DNA of 64,000 nucleotides, taken from NCBI GenBank assembly GCA_965208575.1, contig CBDBOV010000002.1, positions 32,001 to 96,000 on the forward strand. The letters run 5' to 3'. Under the pieces are notes generated by a model that made no database searches, was not told the DNA's origin, and saw nothing but the letters and a program-made list of their open reading frames with translations. Each line of letters starts with the position of its first letter. The first letter of the stretch is position 1. A program made the position numbers and the translations under genes. Below are positions 1 through 8,146 of this stretch, in pieces. Source of the DNA: Spirochaetia bacterium. Lineage in GTDB: Bacteria; Spirochaetota; Spirochaetia; SZUA-6; Bin103.

Positions 1-2
1 TG

Positions 3-599
3 GAGGCGTGCGCGCGCCTGCACGACGCCGGCAAGTTTCGCCGCCTGGGGATGAGCAACTACGCCGCCTGGCAGGTGGCGGACGCCTGGCACATCTGCCG
101 CAGCCGCGGCTGGCCGCTGCCGGAGGTGTACCAGGGCATGTACAACGCGGTGACCCGCGACGTGGAGCCGGAGCTGCTGCCCTGCCTGCGCCACCTGGGC
201 ATGAGCTTCTACGCCTACAATCCGCTGGCCGGCGGCCTGCTTACCGGCCGCTACGTGGGCGCCGAGGCGCTGCCCGCGAGCGGACGCTTCCACGACATGG
301 CCAACTACCGGCCGCGCTACTGGCAGCGCTCCTACCTGGGTGCGATGGCAGCGGTACGGGAGGCGTGCAATGCCGCCGGGACAAGCATGACCACGGCCGC
401 GCTGGCCTGGATGAATCACCACAGCGGCCTGGACGCGGGCGCCGGCGACGCGGTTATCCTGGGCGCCAGCACCCTGGAGCAGTTGGCGGCCAACCTGGAC
501 GCGCGCCGCGCGGCGCCGTTGGACGACGCGCTGGTGGCGGCGTTCGATACCGCCTGGGAAACCTGCCGCCCCGACTGCCCCCGCTACCTCCGCACCTGA
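3..599 (+). CDS. Aldo/keto reductase (AKR7/aflatoxin B1 aldehyde reductase-like), 5'-partial
   Basis: Frame open from window start (EACARLHDAGKFRRLGMSNY); motifs GMSNYAAWQV, YQGMYN, YNPLAGGLLTG, VILGAS. Confidence 0.9.
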   Translation, partial: EACARLHDAGKFRRLGMSNYAAWQVADAWHICRSRGWPLPEVYQGMYNAVTRDVEPELLPCLRHLGMSFYAYNPLAGGLLTGRYVGAEALPASGRFHDMANYRPRYWQRSYLGAMAAVREACNAAGTSMTTAALAWMNHHSGLDAGAGDAVILGASTLEQLAANLDARRAAPLDDALVAAFDTAWETCRPDCPRYLRT

Positions 600-617
600 T
601 GTGAGGGTTCGTACAGC

Positions 618-842
618 GATTACCTGAGGGCGATGGCTCAGATCGGCTCGGGGCCGCATCGTTCGGGAGACGTTGCAAAGGAGCTGGGCCGGCGCGTCAC
701 TTCGCTGGCGCCGACGCGTGCGCAACTGATCAACAAAGGGATGATCTGGAGTCCGAGCCACGGTGATACCGCCTTTACGGTGCCATTATTCGACGAGTTC
801 CTGCGACGCATCATGCCTGGCGACGGATGGCGCCGACGATGA
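618..842 (+). pseudogene. C-terminal winged-helix remnant of an AAA-family ATP-binding protein
   Basis: DYLRAMAQIGSGPHRSGDVAKELGR...RAQLINKGMIWSPSHGDTAFTVPLFDEFLRR resembles a STAND/AAA C-terminus; no P-loop domain upstream. Confidence 0.65.
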
Positions 843-933
843 AGCAAGTCGCCACGGCGGTCGCCGGCTTCGGGGCGGCGTGACCCCGCAGTCAGGGGAG
901 AGTCCCGACTGGAGTGTGGGGGACCGGGTGTGC

Positions 934-1662
934 TCAGGTGCGGCGATCGGGGCCGCCGGGGGTGGTGCCGGCGAGGTCGTGGAGCAGGTCCAGTATGGTG
1001 CGGCAGTCGCCGAGCGCGCGCAGGTGGGGCTTGGCGAGCGCGATGCCCTCGCGGCGCGCCGCCTGCGGCAGCGTCCAGTGGCGCAGGCCGCCTTCCTTCC
1101 GGTCGGCGAGACCGTGGTACTCGCTGTAGGCGATGCGCAGGCAGCGCCAGTCGGCCTCCGGCAGTTCCAGTTCGTAGCCGGCGGCGGTGCGGTGCAGCGC
1201 CCGCTTCTCCAGCGGCGCGTCGTAGGCGAGCACCACCTCGGCGGCGGACAGGGCCGCCGCGATCTCGGTGTGCGCGTCGCGGTAGTGCGGCGCATTCATG
1301 CGCTGCAGCTCGTCGCGGTCGATGCCGTGCGCGGCGGTCGCCTCGCGGGTGATCGTTCCGGTAGGCAGCACCACCAGGTCGAGCCGCACGGTGCCCGAGG
1401 TATCGATCATCGATACCTCGATTACCTCGGCGCTGGGCTGGAAGCTGGTCTTCTTGGTGGCGGCGATCAGCACGTCGTCGCGCCCGAGCAGCATGCGCGC
1501 CTCGCCCTGAACGCGCTGTGCAGCCGGCGGCAGCGGGCCCTGCGCGCGCTTGCGGGCGGCGCTGAGGCGGCGCCGGCGCAGCAACACGCGCCCGACGAGC
1601 AACACGAGCCCGGCGCCGCCGGCGACTACGATGATCAGGAGCAGGCTCACCCCGGAGGCCAT
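934..1662 (-). CDS. Membrane-anchored DEDDh (DnaQ-like) 3'-5' exonuclease-fold protein, catalytic residues degenerate
   Basis: N-terminal hydrophobic helix followed by RRRR; AEVIEVSMID, EATAAHGI, RALGDC typical of the fold; ExoI reads AATKKT instead of DTETT; start uncertain (1662 or 1650). Confidence 0.75.
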   Translation of the reverse strand: MASGVSLLLIIVVAGGAGLVLLVGRVLLRRRRLSAARKRAQGPLPPAAQRVQGEARMLLGRDDVLIAATKKTSFQPSAEVIEVSMIDTSGTVRLDLVVLPTGTITREATAAHGIDRDELQRMNAPHYRDAHTEIAAALSAAEVVLAYDAPLEKRALHRTAAGYELELPEADWRCLRIAYSEYHGLADRKEGGLRHWTLPQAARREGIALAKPHLRALGDCRTILDLLHDLAGTTPGGPDRRT

Positions 1663-1740
1663 CCGCGGCGCCGCCGCCTGTTGACTGGTCTGTACATAGT
1701 CTCCCCGCCCACCATAATGCAGTGCCCCGCGGGGCGCCAC

Positions 1741-1763
1741 CCGCACGTCGCCGCGACGTGCGG
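1741..1763. terminator. Perfect 10-bp GC hairpin downstream of the fucosidase gene
   Basis: CCGCACGTCG-ccg-CGACGTGCGG; no clear U-tract, about 180 bp past the stop codon. Confidence 0.35.
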
Positions 1764-1944
1764 CACGCTAGCGCTGCGCCGGCCCGCATCGGGAGCTGCC
1801 GGCCGGTTGTGCGCCGGCGCCATCCGGCGCAACGCCGTGGAATGCGCGGGCTGCACGCTGCGGCGGCGGCCGGCAACGCGGCCGTGCGCCCGCGGCCCCG
1901 CCGGCTGCGCTCGCCGCGCGGCGGTGCCGACCGTTGCCGCGACG

Positions 1945-3219
1945 CTACTGCAGGAACAGCTCGATTACCGGGACCGGGGTGTCCGGCTGCAACACCGGCA
2001 GTTCCAGCACCACGGTGTCCGCGGGGGTGCCCTCCATCCGCTGATGGTGCTCGCTGATCGCTTGCATGCGCACCTCGGAGGCGTCGTTCAGGAGTTGCGC
2101 GTATGCCACCTTGCCGGCGTAGCCGGGCAGGTGCAGGTGGCGGAACGGCCACGCGAACAGGTGCACGTACAACCGTTTCCGGTCCGGATGGAAGGTGAGC
2201 CTGCAGTCGGCCGGCTGGGCGAACCCGGCCGGCGCCGCGGTGCAGCCGTATATCGATCGGCTGTGCAGGCGCATCCACTCGCCGATCCCCTGCAGGCGGT
2301 CGAGCGCGCGGCGATCGAACTCGCCGCGCCCGGTCGGGCCGACGTTGAGCAACAGGTTGCCGCCCTTGCTGACCGTGTCCACCAGCATGCGCACCAACTG
2401 GCCGACACTCTTCCAGGATGCTTCGTCGCGGTGATATCCCCAGGAGCCGGAGAAGGTCTGACACGCCTCCCACACCACCGGCTGGCCGTCGACGGTGATC
2501 CAGCGTTGCGGCTGCCACTGCTCCGGGGTGCGGATGTCCCAGCCGTCGTCCAGGTCGAGGCGGTCGTTGAGCACCACGTGCGGCTGCAACTCCCGGATCA
2601 TCCGGTACAGGCGCGGGCTGTCCCAGTCGTCGCGGCCCTTGCCGCGGTCCGGGTAGCTGAAGTCGCACCACAGTACATCGACGCGGCCGAAACCGGTCAG
2701 CAACTCCCGTACCTGGCCGTGCAGGTACTCGATGTACTTGCCCTGGTCGCGCTGCTCGTTCAGTTCTGCCCGCCGCGGATGGTTGCGCAGGGCGTGCACG
2801 TCGTCGATCCGGAACGAGGGATGGTGCCAGTCGATGATCGAGTGGTAGAAGCCGACGCGCAGGCCGCGGGCGCGGAACGCATCCACCATCGGCCGGACCA
2901 GGTCGCGTCCGGCGGGCGCGTTGGTGGCCTTGTAGTCGGTCAGCGCGCTGTCCCACAGGCAGAAGCCGTCATGGTGCTTGGTGGTCGCCACGAAGTACTT
3001 CATGCCGGCGCCGGCGGCAGCCTCGGCCCAGCGATCCGGGTCGTACAGGTCGGGATCGAAATAGTCCAGGTAGCGTTCGTAGTCGCGGACCGGGATCTCC
3101 TCCTTCTGCATCACCCACTCGTGGCGCGCCGGCAGGGCATACAATCCCCAGTGAACGAACAGGCCGAAGCGGTCGTGTACGAACCAGCCGGTGTCGCCCG
3201 GACTCTGTCTGACTTCCAT
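1945..3219 (-). CDS. Alpha-L-fucosidase (GH29)
   Basis: RFGLFVHWGLY, TTKHHDGFCLW, LWCDFS nucleophile region, SKGGNLLLNVGP. Confidence 0.95.
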   Translation of the reverse strand: MEVRQSPGDTGWFVHDRFGLFVHWGLYALPARHEWVMQKEEIPVRDYERYLDYFDPDLYDPDRWAEAAAGAGMKYFVATTKHHDGFCLWDSALTDYKATNAPAGRDLVRPMVDAFRARGLRVGFYHSIIDWHHPSFRIDDVHALRNHPRRAELNEQRDQGKYIEYLHGQVRELLTGFGRVDVLWCDFSYPDRGKGRDDWDSPRLYRMIRELQPHVVLNDRLDLDDGWDIRTPEQWQPQRWITVDGQPVVWEACQTFSGSWGYHRDEASWKSVGQLVRMLVDTVSKGGNLLLNVGPTGRGEFDRRALDRLQGIGEWMRLHSRSIYGCTAAPAGFAQPADCRLTFHPDRKRLYVHLFAWPFRHLHLPGYAGKVAYAQLLNDASEVRMQAISEHHQRMEGTPADTVVLELPVLQPDTPVPVIELFLQ

Positions 3220-3247
3220 CTCCCGCGCTCCCCCCGGTGCCCGCCGC

Positions 3248-4042
3248 CTACTCGTAGACGATGGTGTAGTCGAGCGGCTCGTCGAGCACCAGCACGCGGA
3301 TCAGGGGAATGGTGATGAGCAGGCTGCCGTCCTCCTGCAGTTCGCCGCCGTCGTGCTCCAGGATTACGCCGTCCACTTCGACGCGCACCGTCACCACCGA
3401 GTCCTCGATGGCCGGGGGGCCGTCGTCGCCGAGCACGAACCCCATCATTTCCAGGTATTCGGCGTCGGTCACCTCCAGGTCCTGCTGCGGGCCGAGGCTG
3501 ACCAGCAGCGGGTGATCGAGGATCGGAAACAGGGCGGTGAGTGCGCGGTAGTTGTCGCGGGCGAGATGTACCCGCAGCGTGTTCGGGTCGCCGCCGGAGA
3601 AGGCAATGAGCGGGCGGCTCGCGGGTCCCGGCACCGGCGCGTTGGAGGCCAGCATCGCCTTCAGGTCCTCGAACGAGAGGTTCAACTCCAACTCCTCGGG
3701 AGTGGGGGTAGCGATGTGGGATATGGTTACTCCGCGCCGTTCGCCGACGGAACGCTCCACCTCCTCGGTGTCGAACACCGATTCCGGCACCATCTCGGAG
3801 TCGCCGGCCGCCTCGGACAGCGTATCGAGATAGTCGACGAACACCGGTTCCAGCTTGACGTGGATCTGCGCGTCGCCGGAGCGGTCGACGCGCAGCGTGA
3901 GCTGCTGATTCACCGTGCAGCCCGCCGACGCCAGCAGCAGCGCCAGGAGCGCCAGGAGCGCGGCCGCGGCCGCCGCCAGGCGGGCGATCCGCCCCTGCCG
4001 GCCAACCGGCGTGGCCGCCGGATCGATGCACCGCCCGCTCAT
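3248..4042 (-). CDS. Hypothetical lipoprotein
   Basis: Signal peptide with lipobox-like LLASAGC; ATG overlaps the peptidase stop (ATGA). Confidence 0.75.
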   Translation of the reverse strand: MSGRCIDPAATPVGRQGRIARLAAAAAALLALLALLLASAGCTVNQQLTLRVDRSGDAQIHVKLEPVFVDYLDTLSEAAGDSEMVPESVFDTEEVERSVGERRGVTISHIATPTPEELELNLSFEDLKAMLASNAPVPGPASRPLIAFSGGDPNTLRVHLARDNYRALTALFPILDHPLLVSLGPQQDLEVTDAEYLEMMGFVLGDDGPPAIEDSVVTVRVEVDGVILEHDGGELQEDGSLLITIPLIRVLVLDEPLDYTIVYE

Positions 4043-5406
4043 ACGGCGGACAACTCTTGCAGGATAAGACAATACGCCTCCTGTGCGCGCCCGAAGCTGG
4101 CCAGACGGAAGAACTCGTCCGGGCCGTGCGCGCCCTCGTCGTCGAGTGCGAAGGAGAAGCCGATGGTGTGGATGCCCAGTTCCTCCTGCAGCAAGCCGCA
4201 CACCGGAATGCTGCCGCCGGAGCCGGTGTGCAGCGGCGGCGTTCCGTACAGTTTCTCCAGCACCCGGGCGGCGGCCCGGTTGCCGGGATGGTCGGCCGGT
4301 ACCGAGTACGGCGCGCCGTGCACATCGCTTGCAGCGCAGCTTACCCGCACTCCGGCGGGGGCGCGGCGCGTCAGGTGGCCGGCGACCAGGTCCAGGACGC
4401 GCGCCGGCTGCTGGCCGGCGACCAGCCGGCAGGTGATCTTGGCGTGCGCCGAGGCCGGCAGCACGGTCTTGGTGCCGTCGCCCTGAAAGCCGCCCCACAG
4501 GCCGTTCACCTCCAGCGTGGGCCGGATCCACTCGCGCTCGTAGGTGCTCCAGCCCGCCTCGCCGTACAGGGCGGGCACGCCGGTGCTGGCCAGGTACGCG
4601 GGCTCGTCGAACGGCACGCGGGCGTACTGGCGGCGCTGCCGGGGGGTGGGCTCCACCACGTCGTCGTAGAACCCGTCCACGGCGACGCGTCCGTCGGCAT
4701 CGTGCAGGCCCGCGATCAGCTCGGCCAGTGCATGCAGCGGGTTGTGGATAGTGCCGCCGTAGATGCCGGAGTGCAGGTCGGACGCAGGGCCGCTGATGTC
4801 CACCTGCAGGGCGCAAATCCCGCGCAGCGACAACAGCAGCGTGGGCACGGTCTCGCTCCACTGGCTGCCGTCGGCGGACAGGGCAAAGTCGCAGGCCAGC
4901 AGGTCGCGTTGGGAACGCACGAACCCGGCCAGTTGCGGGCTGCCGATCTCCTCCTGCCCCTCGAGCAGGAACTTGACGTTGACCGGCAGGGCGCCGCCGG
5001 TGCGCAGCAGCGCCTCCACGGCGACGATCGGCGCAAGCATGTTGCCCTTGTCGTCGGAGGCGCCGCGCGCGTAGATGCGGTCGTCCGCCAGGCGCGGCTC
5101 GAACGGCGGGTGGCTCCAGCCGTCTTCGAACGTCGCCGGCTGTACGTCGAAGTGGCCGTAGATGAGCACGGTGGGGGCGCCGGGGGCGTGCAGCCAGTCG
5201 CCGTACACCACCGGGTGGCCGCCGGTGGGCAGCGTCTGAACGTGCTCCATGCCGGCTGCCACCAGGCGCGCATGCACCCAGTCGCCGGCGGCGGCCACGT
5301 CGTCCGCATGCGCCGGCAGGGCGCTGACGCTCGGAATGCGAATGAAGGCGAGCAACTCGTCCACTACGCGTTGCTGATGCTCGCGGAGATAGCTTTTCCA
5401 GTCCAT
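4039..5406 (-). CDS. M20 family dipeptidase
   Basis: YGHFDVQP, ARGASDDKG, EGQEEIGS, DLHSG, AHGPDE metal-binding motifs. Confidence 0.93.
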   Translation of the reverse strand: MDWKSYLREHQQRVVDELLAFIRIPSVSALPAHADDVAAAGDWVHARLVAAGMEHVQTLPTGGHPVVYGDWLHAPGAPTVLIYGHFDVQPATFEDGWSHPPFEPRLADDRIYARGASDDKGNMLAPIVAVEALLRTGGALPVNVKFLLEGQEEIGSPQLAGFVRSQRDLLACDFALSADGSQWSETVPTLLLSLRGICALQVDISGPASDLHSGIYGGTIHNPLHALAELIAGLHDADGRVAVDGFYDDVVEPTPRQRRQYARVPFDEPAYLASTGVPALYGEAGWSTYEREWIRPTLEVNGLWGGFQGDGTKTVLPASAHAKITCRLVAGQQPARVLDLVAGHLTRRAPAGVRVSCAASDVHGAPYSVPADHPGNRAAARVLEKLYGTPPLHTGSGGSIPVCGLLQEELGIHTIGFSFALDDEGAHGPDEFFRLASFGRAQEAYCLILQELSAV

Positions 5407-5502
5407 TTGATCTTTGAATCGGCAGGTTGCGCCATACGGTACACTACCAGGCGAGTACCGCTCAATCGCCGGGCGGTGCGCGCACAAAGGAGCGGCAAGT
5501 AG

Positions 5503-7284
5503 ATGAAACTGCGGGAAACCTGGGATCTGGAGGGGATCTTCGCCGGCGGCTCGGCGTCGCCGGCGTTCGCCGACTTTCTGGCCCGCCTGGAGAAGGGCAT
5601 CGAGACGCTGGCGGGGCAGGTGGACGCGCTCGGCGGCGACACCGAAGCGTGGACCGAGGCGGTGAACGGCTGGCAGCGGTGCGCCGCGGAGCTGGGCGAG
5701 GCATACAGCTTCGTGGAGTGCCTGGCGGCGGCGGATACCGGCGACGCTGTGGCCACCGCGCTCGGCGGCCGGCTGGACGCGGTGGAAGCGCGGCTGAAGG
5801 CGATCGAGGTGGAAATCGACCGGCGCCTGCTGGCGCTGTCCGACGAGGCCTGGCGGCGCCTGCTGGGGCAGGAGGAGCTGGCGCCGGTGGCATTCTTTCT
5901 GAACCGGCAGCGCGCCATGGCACGCCACAAGATGGACCCGCGGCGCGAGACGCTGGCCGAGACGCTGGCGGTCGACGGCTACCACGCCTGGGGGCGGATG
6001 TACGACAAGCTGGCGGGCTCGCTGCGCGCCTCGGTGAGCGAGGACGATGGCCAGGTGGAGTTGTCGATGGGGCAGCTCGTGCACCGGCTGGAGGACGCCG
6101 ACGGCGCCGTGCGCGCCGCCGCGTTGCGCCACCTGGAGGAGGCGTGGCGCGGCGTGCAGGATCTTGCCGCGATGGCCCTGAACAGCCAGGCGGGATTCCG
6201 GCAGAGCCTGTACGCGGGGCGCGGCTGGCAGTCGATCCTGTGGGAGCCGCTGCACCTGAACCGCCTGCAGCCCGACACCCTGCAGGCGATGTGGAGCGCC
6301 ATCGCCGCCCGCAGCGCGGCGCTGCTGCCCTACCTGGAGGCGAAGGCGCGGCTGCTGAAGATCGACCGCATGCGCTGGGCGGACCTGGTCGCCCCGGCGG
6401 CGAAGAGCGAGCGCCGCCTCGCTTACGCGGATGCCGCCGACTACATCGTGCAGCGGTTCGCCGCGTTCGGCGGCGAGTTGGGCGACTTCGCCCGCCATGC
6501 CTTTTCGCGGCACTGGATCGAGGTGGAGGACCGGCCCGGCAAGGCGGCCGGTGGCTTCTGCACCGACCTGCCGCTGAGCAAACAGACGCGCATCTTCATG
6601 ACCTACGGCGGCACGTTCGGCGGGGCGAGCACGCTGGCCCACGAGCTCGGCCACGCCTACCACGCCTGGCTGCTGCGCGAGCGCCCCTACTTCGCCACCC
6701 ACTACCCGATGGCGCTGGCCGAAACGGCGAGCACGTTCTGCGAGACGCTGATCATGGACGCGGCGCTCGACGCCGCCGACGGCGAGCAGAAACTGGCGCT
6801 GCTCGGCAACATTGGCGATGAGGCGGTGATGATGCTGATGAACCTGCGCAGCCGCTTCCTGTTCGAAACCGCCTTCTTCGAACGCCGCGCCGGCGGCCCG
6901 CTGACCGCGGACGAGCTGAGCGCGCTGATGGTGGAGGCGCAGCGCGAGGCGTACTGCGGCGGGCTGGCCGAGGACGGCTACCATCCGCTGTTCTGGGCCT
7001 CGAAACTGCACTTCTACCTCACGTCGATGCCGTTCTACAACTTCCCCTACGTGTTCGGATACCTGTTCAGCAACGGCCTGTCCGCGCTCGCCCGCCGCGA
7101 GGGACCCGCCTTCGCCGAGGCCTACGCGCGGCTGCTGCAAGACACCGGCTCCATGACCTGCGAGGAGCTGGCAAAGCGCCACCTGGGCGAGGATTTGACC
7201 GGCGCCGCCTTCTGGGAGCGCGCCGTGGACCGGGTGCTGGAAGTAGTCCCCCGCTTCACCCGCGCCGCCGCCCGCTCCGGTTAG
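5503..7284 (+). CDS. pepF: M3B oligoendopeptidase F family
   Basis: TWDLEGIF N-terminus, HELGHAYH zinc motif, LAETAS, FYNFPYVFG. Confidence 0.92.
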   Translation: MKLRETWDLEGIFAGGSASPAFADFLARLEKGIETLAGQVDALGGDTEAWTEAVNGWQRCAAELGEAYSFVECLAAADTGDAVATALGGRLDAVEARLKAIEVEIDRRLLALSDEAWRRLLGQEELAPVAFFLNRQRAMARHKMDPRRETLAETLAVDGYHAWGRMYDKLAGSLRASVSEDDGQVELSMGQLVHRLEDADGAVRAAALRHLEEAWRGVQDLAAMALNSQAGFRQSLYAGRGWQSILWEPLHLNRLQPDTLQAMWSAIAARSAALLPYLEAKARLLKIDRMRWADLVAPAAKSERRLAYADAADYIVQRFAAFGGELGDFARHAFSRHWIEVEDRPGKAAGGFCTDLPLSKQTRIFMTYGGTFGGASTLAHELGHAYHAWLLRERPYFATHYPMALAETASTFCETLIMDAALDAADGEQKLALLGNIGDEAVMMLMNLRSRFLFETAFFERRAGGPLTADELSALMVEAQREAYCGGLAEDGYHPLFWASKLHFYLTSMPFYNFPYVFGYLFSNGLSALARREGPAFAEAYARLLQDTGSMTCEELAKRHLGEDLTGAAFWERAVDRVLEVVPRFTRAAARSG

Positions 7285-7411
7285 CGGGGACAAGTGTCGG
7301 AAACGGCAAGGCACCGCTGCAACTGGAAGACATCCGGCAGATGCATCGTCTGATGACCCGCCACTCCGACGAGACAGACAATGTACCCGGTCGATTTCGC
7401 CGTCACCGCGT

Positions 7412-7789
7412 GAGCTTGGCGGCATCAACAACTTCATCAAGACCAAGCTGAACCGGCTGGTGTACCGCGACACCATGTTGAAGGCATACAACCGCAGAGC
7501 GGGCAAGCGCCGACGGGTACTCAACGACCGGGAGTACCGGCTGCTGACCTTTCTGCTCGACGAAACCGAACCGGAAGATCCCTTCGCCGAGAGACCGTCG
7601 AAGCAGGTCTCATTTGCCGACCTGCTGGCGTCGCCCTACGTTCGATCGGCGTACCGTTCGGTCACGCCGCGCACGTTCCGCCGCGAGTTGGTCCGCCTCG
7701 CCGACCTGGGGTTCATCCTGTTCACCGTCCCGGAAGGGACCGATCATCCGATCATCGAGCTCAGCCTCGCTGCCATCGGCAGGTACTGA
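7412..7789 (+). pseudogene. C-terminal wHTH fragment, probably from a Fic-family protein
   Basis: Coding-like frame begins mid-helix (ELGGINNFIKTKLNRLVYRD) with no RBS; ends in HTH-like YRSVTPRTFRRELVRLADLGFI. Confidence 0.45.
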
Positions 7790-8146
7790 CCCGCTGCAGC
7801 CGTCAACCAGGCAGGCTGTGATCACCGCGAAGCGCTCGAAGCGCTCTGAATTGGGAGACAAGACAGGGCAACCGTGCGACACTGCCGACGTGCGTCTGTT
7901 CGCTGACGTTGTCGGTGCGGTCGATCCCGGCACGACTCATCCCGCCGTCACCCCGCCGGACCATTGATCAACCGGAGTCCGCATTGATCCGAATCCCACT
8001 CGGCGTGTTGCCACGACCGCCCCGTGTCCGGCGCCGGGCCCCGACCGGCCCTCTTCCCCGGAGCGATATTGTTCTCGAGGCCGCCTTTTGCATTGCGGCC
8101 GCACGCGCAGGACCCGGCGCGTGGGTTGCCGGCGGGGGGGCGAGCG

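Noticed and set aside
638-7524. Very long alternative-frame ORFs (638..2956, 763..3315, the upstream part of 4039..7524); likewise 26990..29611, 39589..41922, 53487..55577
   Set aside because: Shadow ORFs typical of high GC; Arg/Ala/Pro-rich, no motifs, overlapping well-supported genes.
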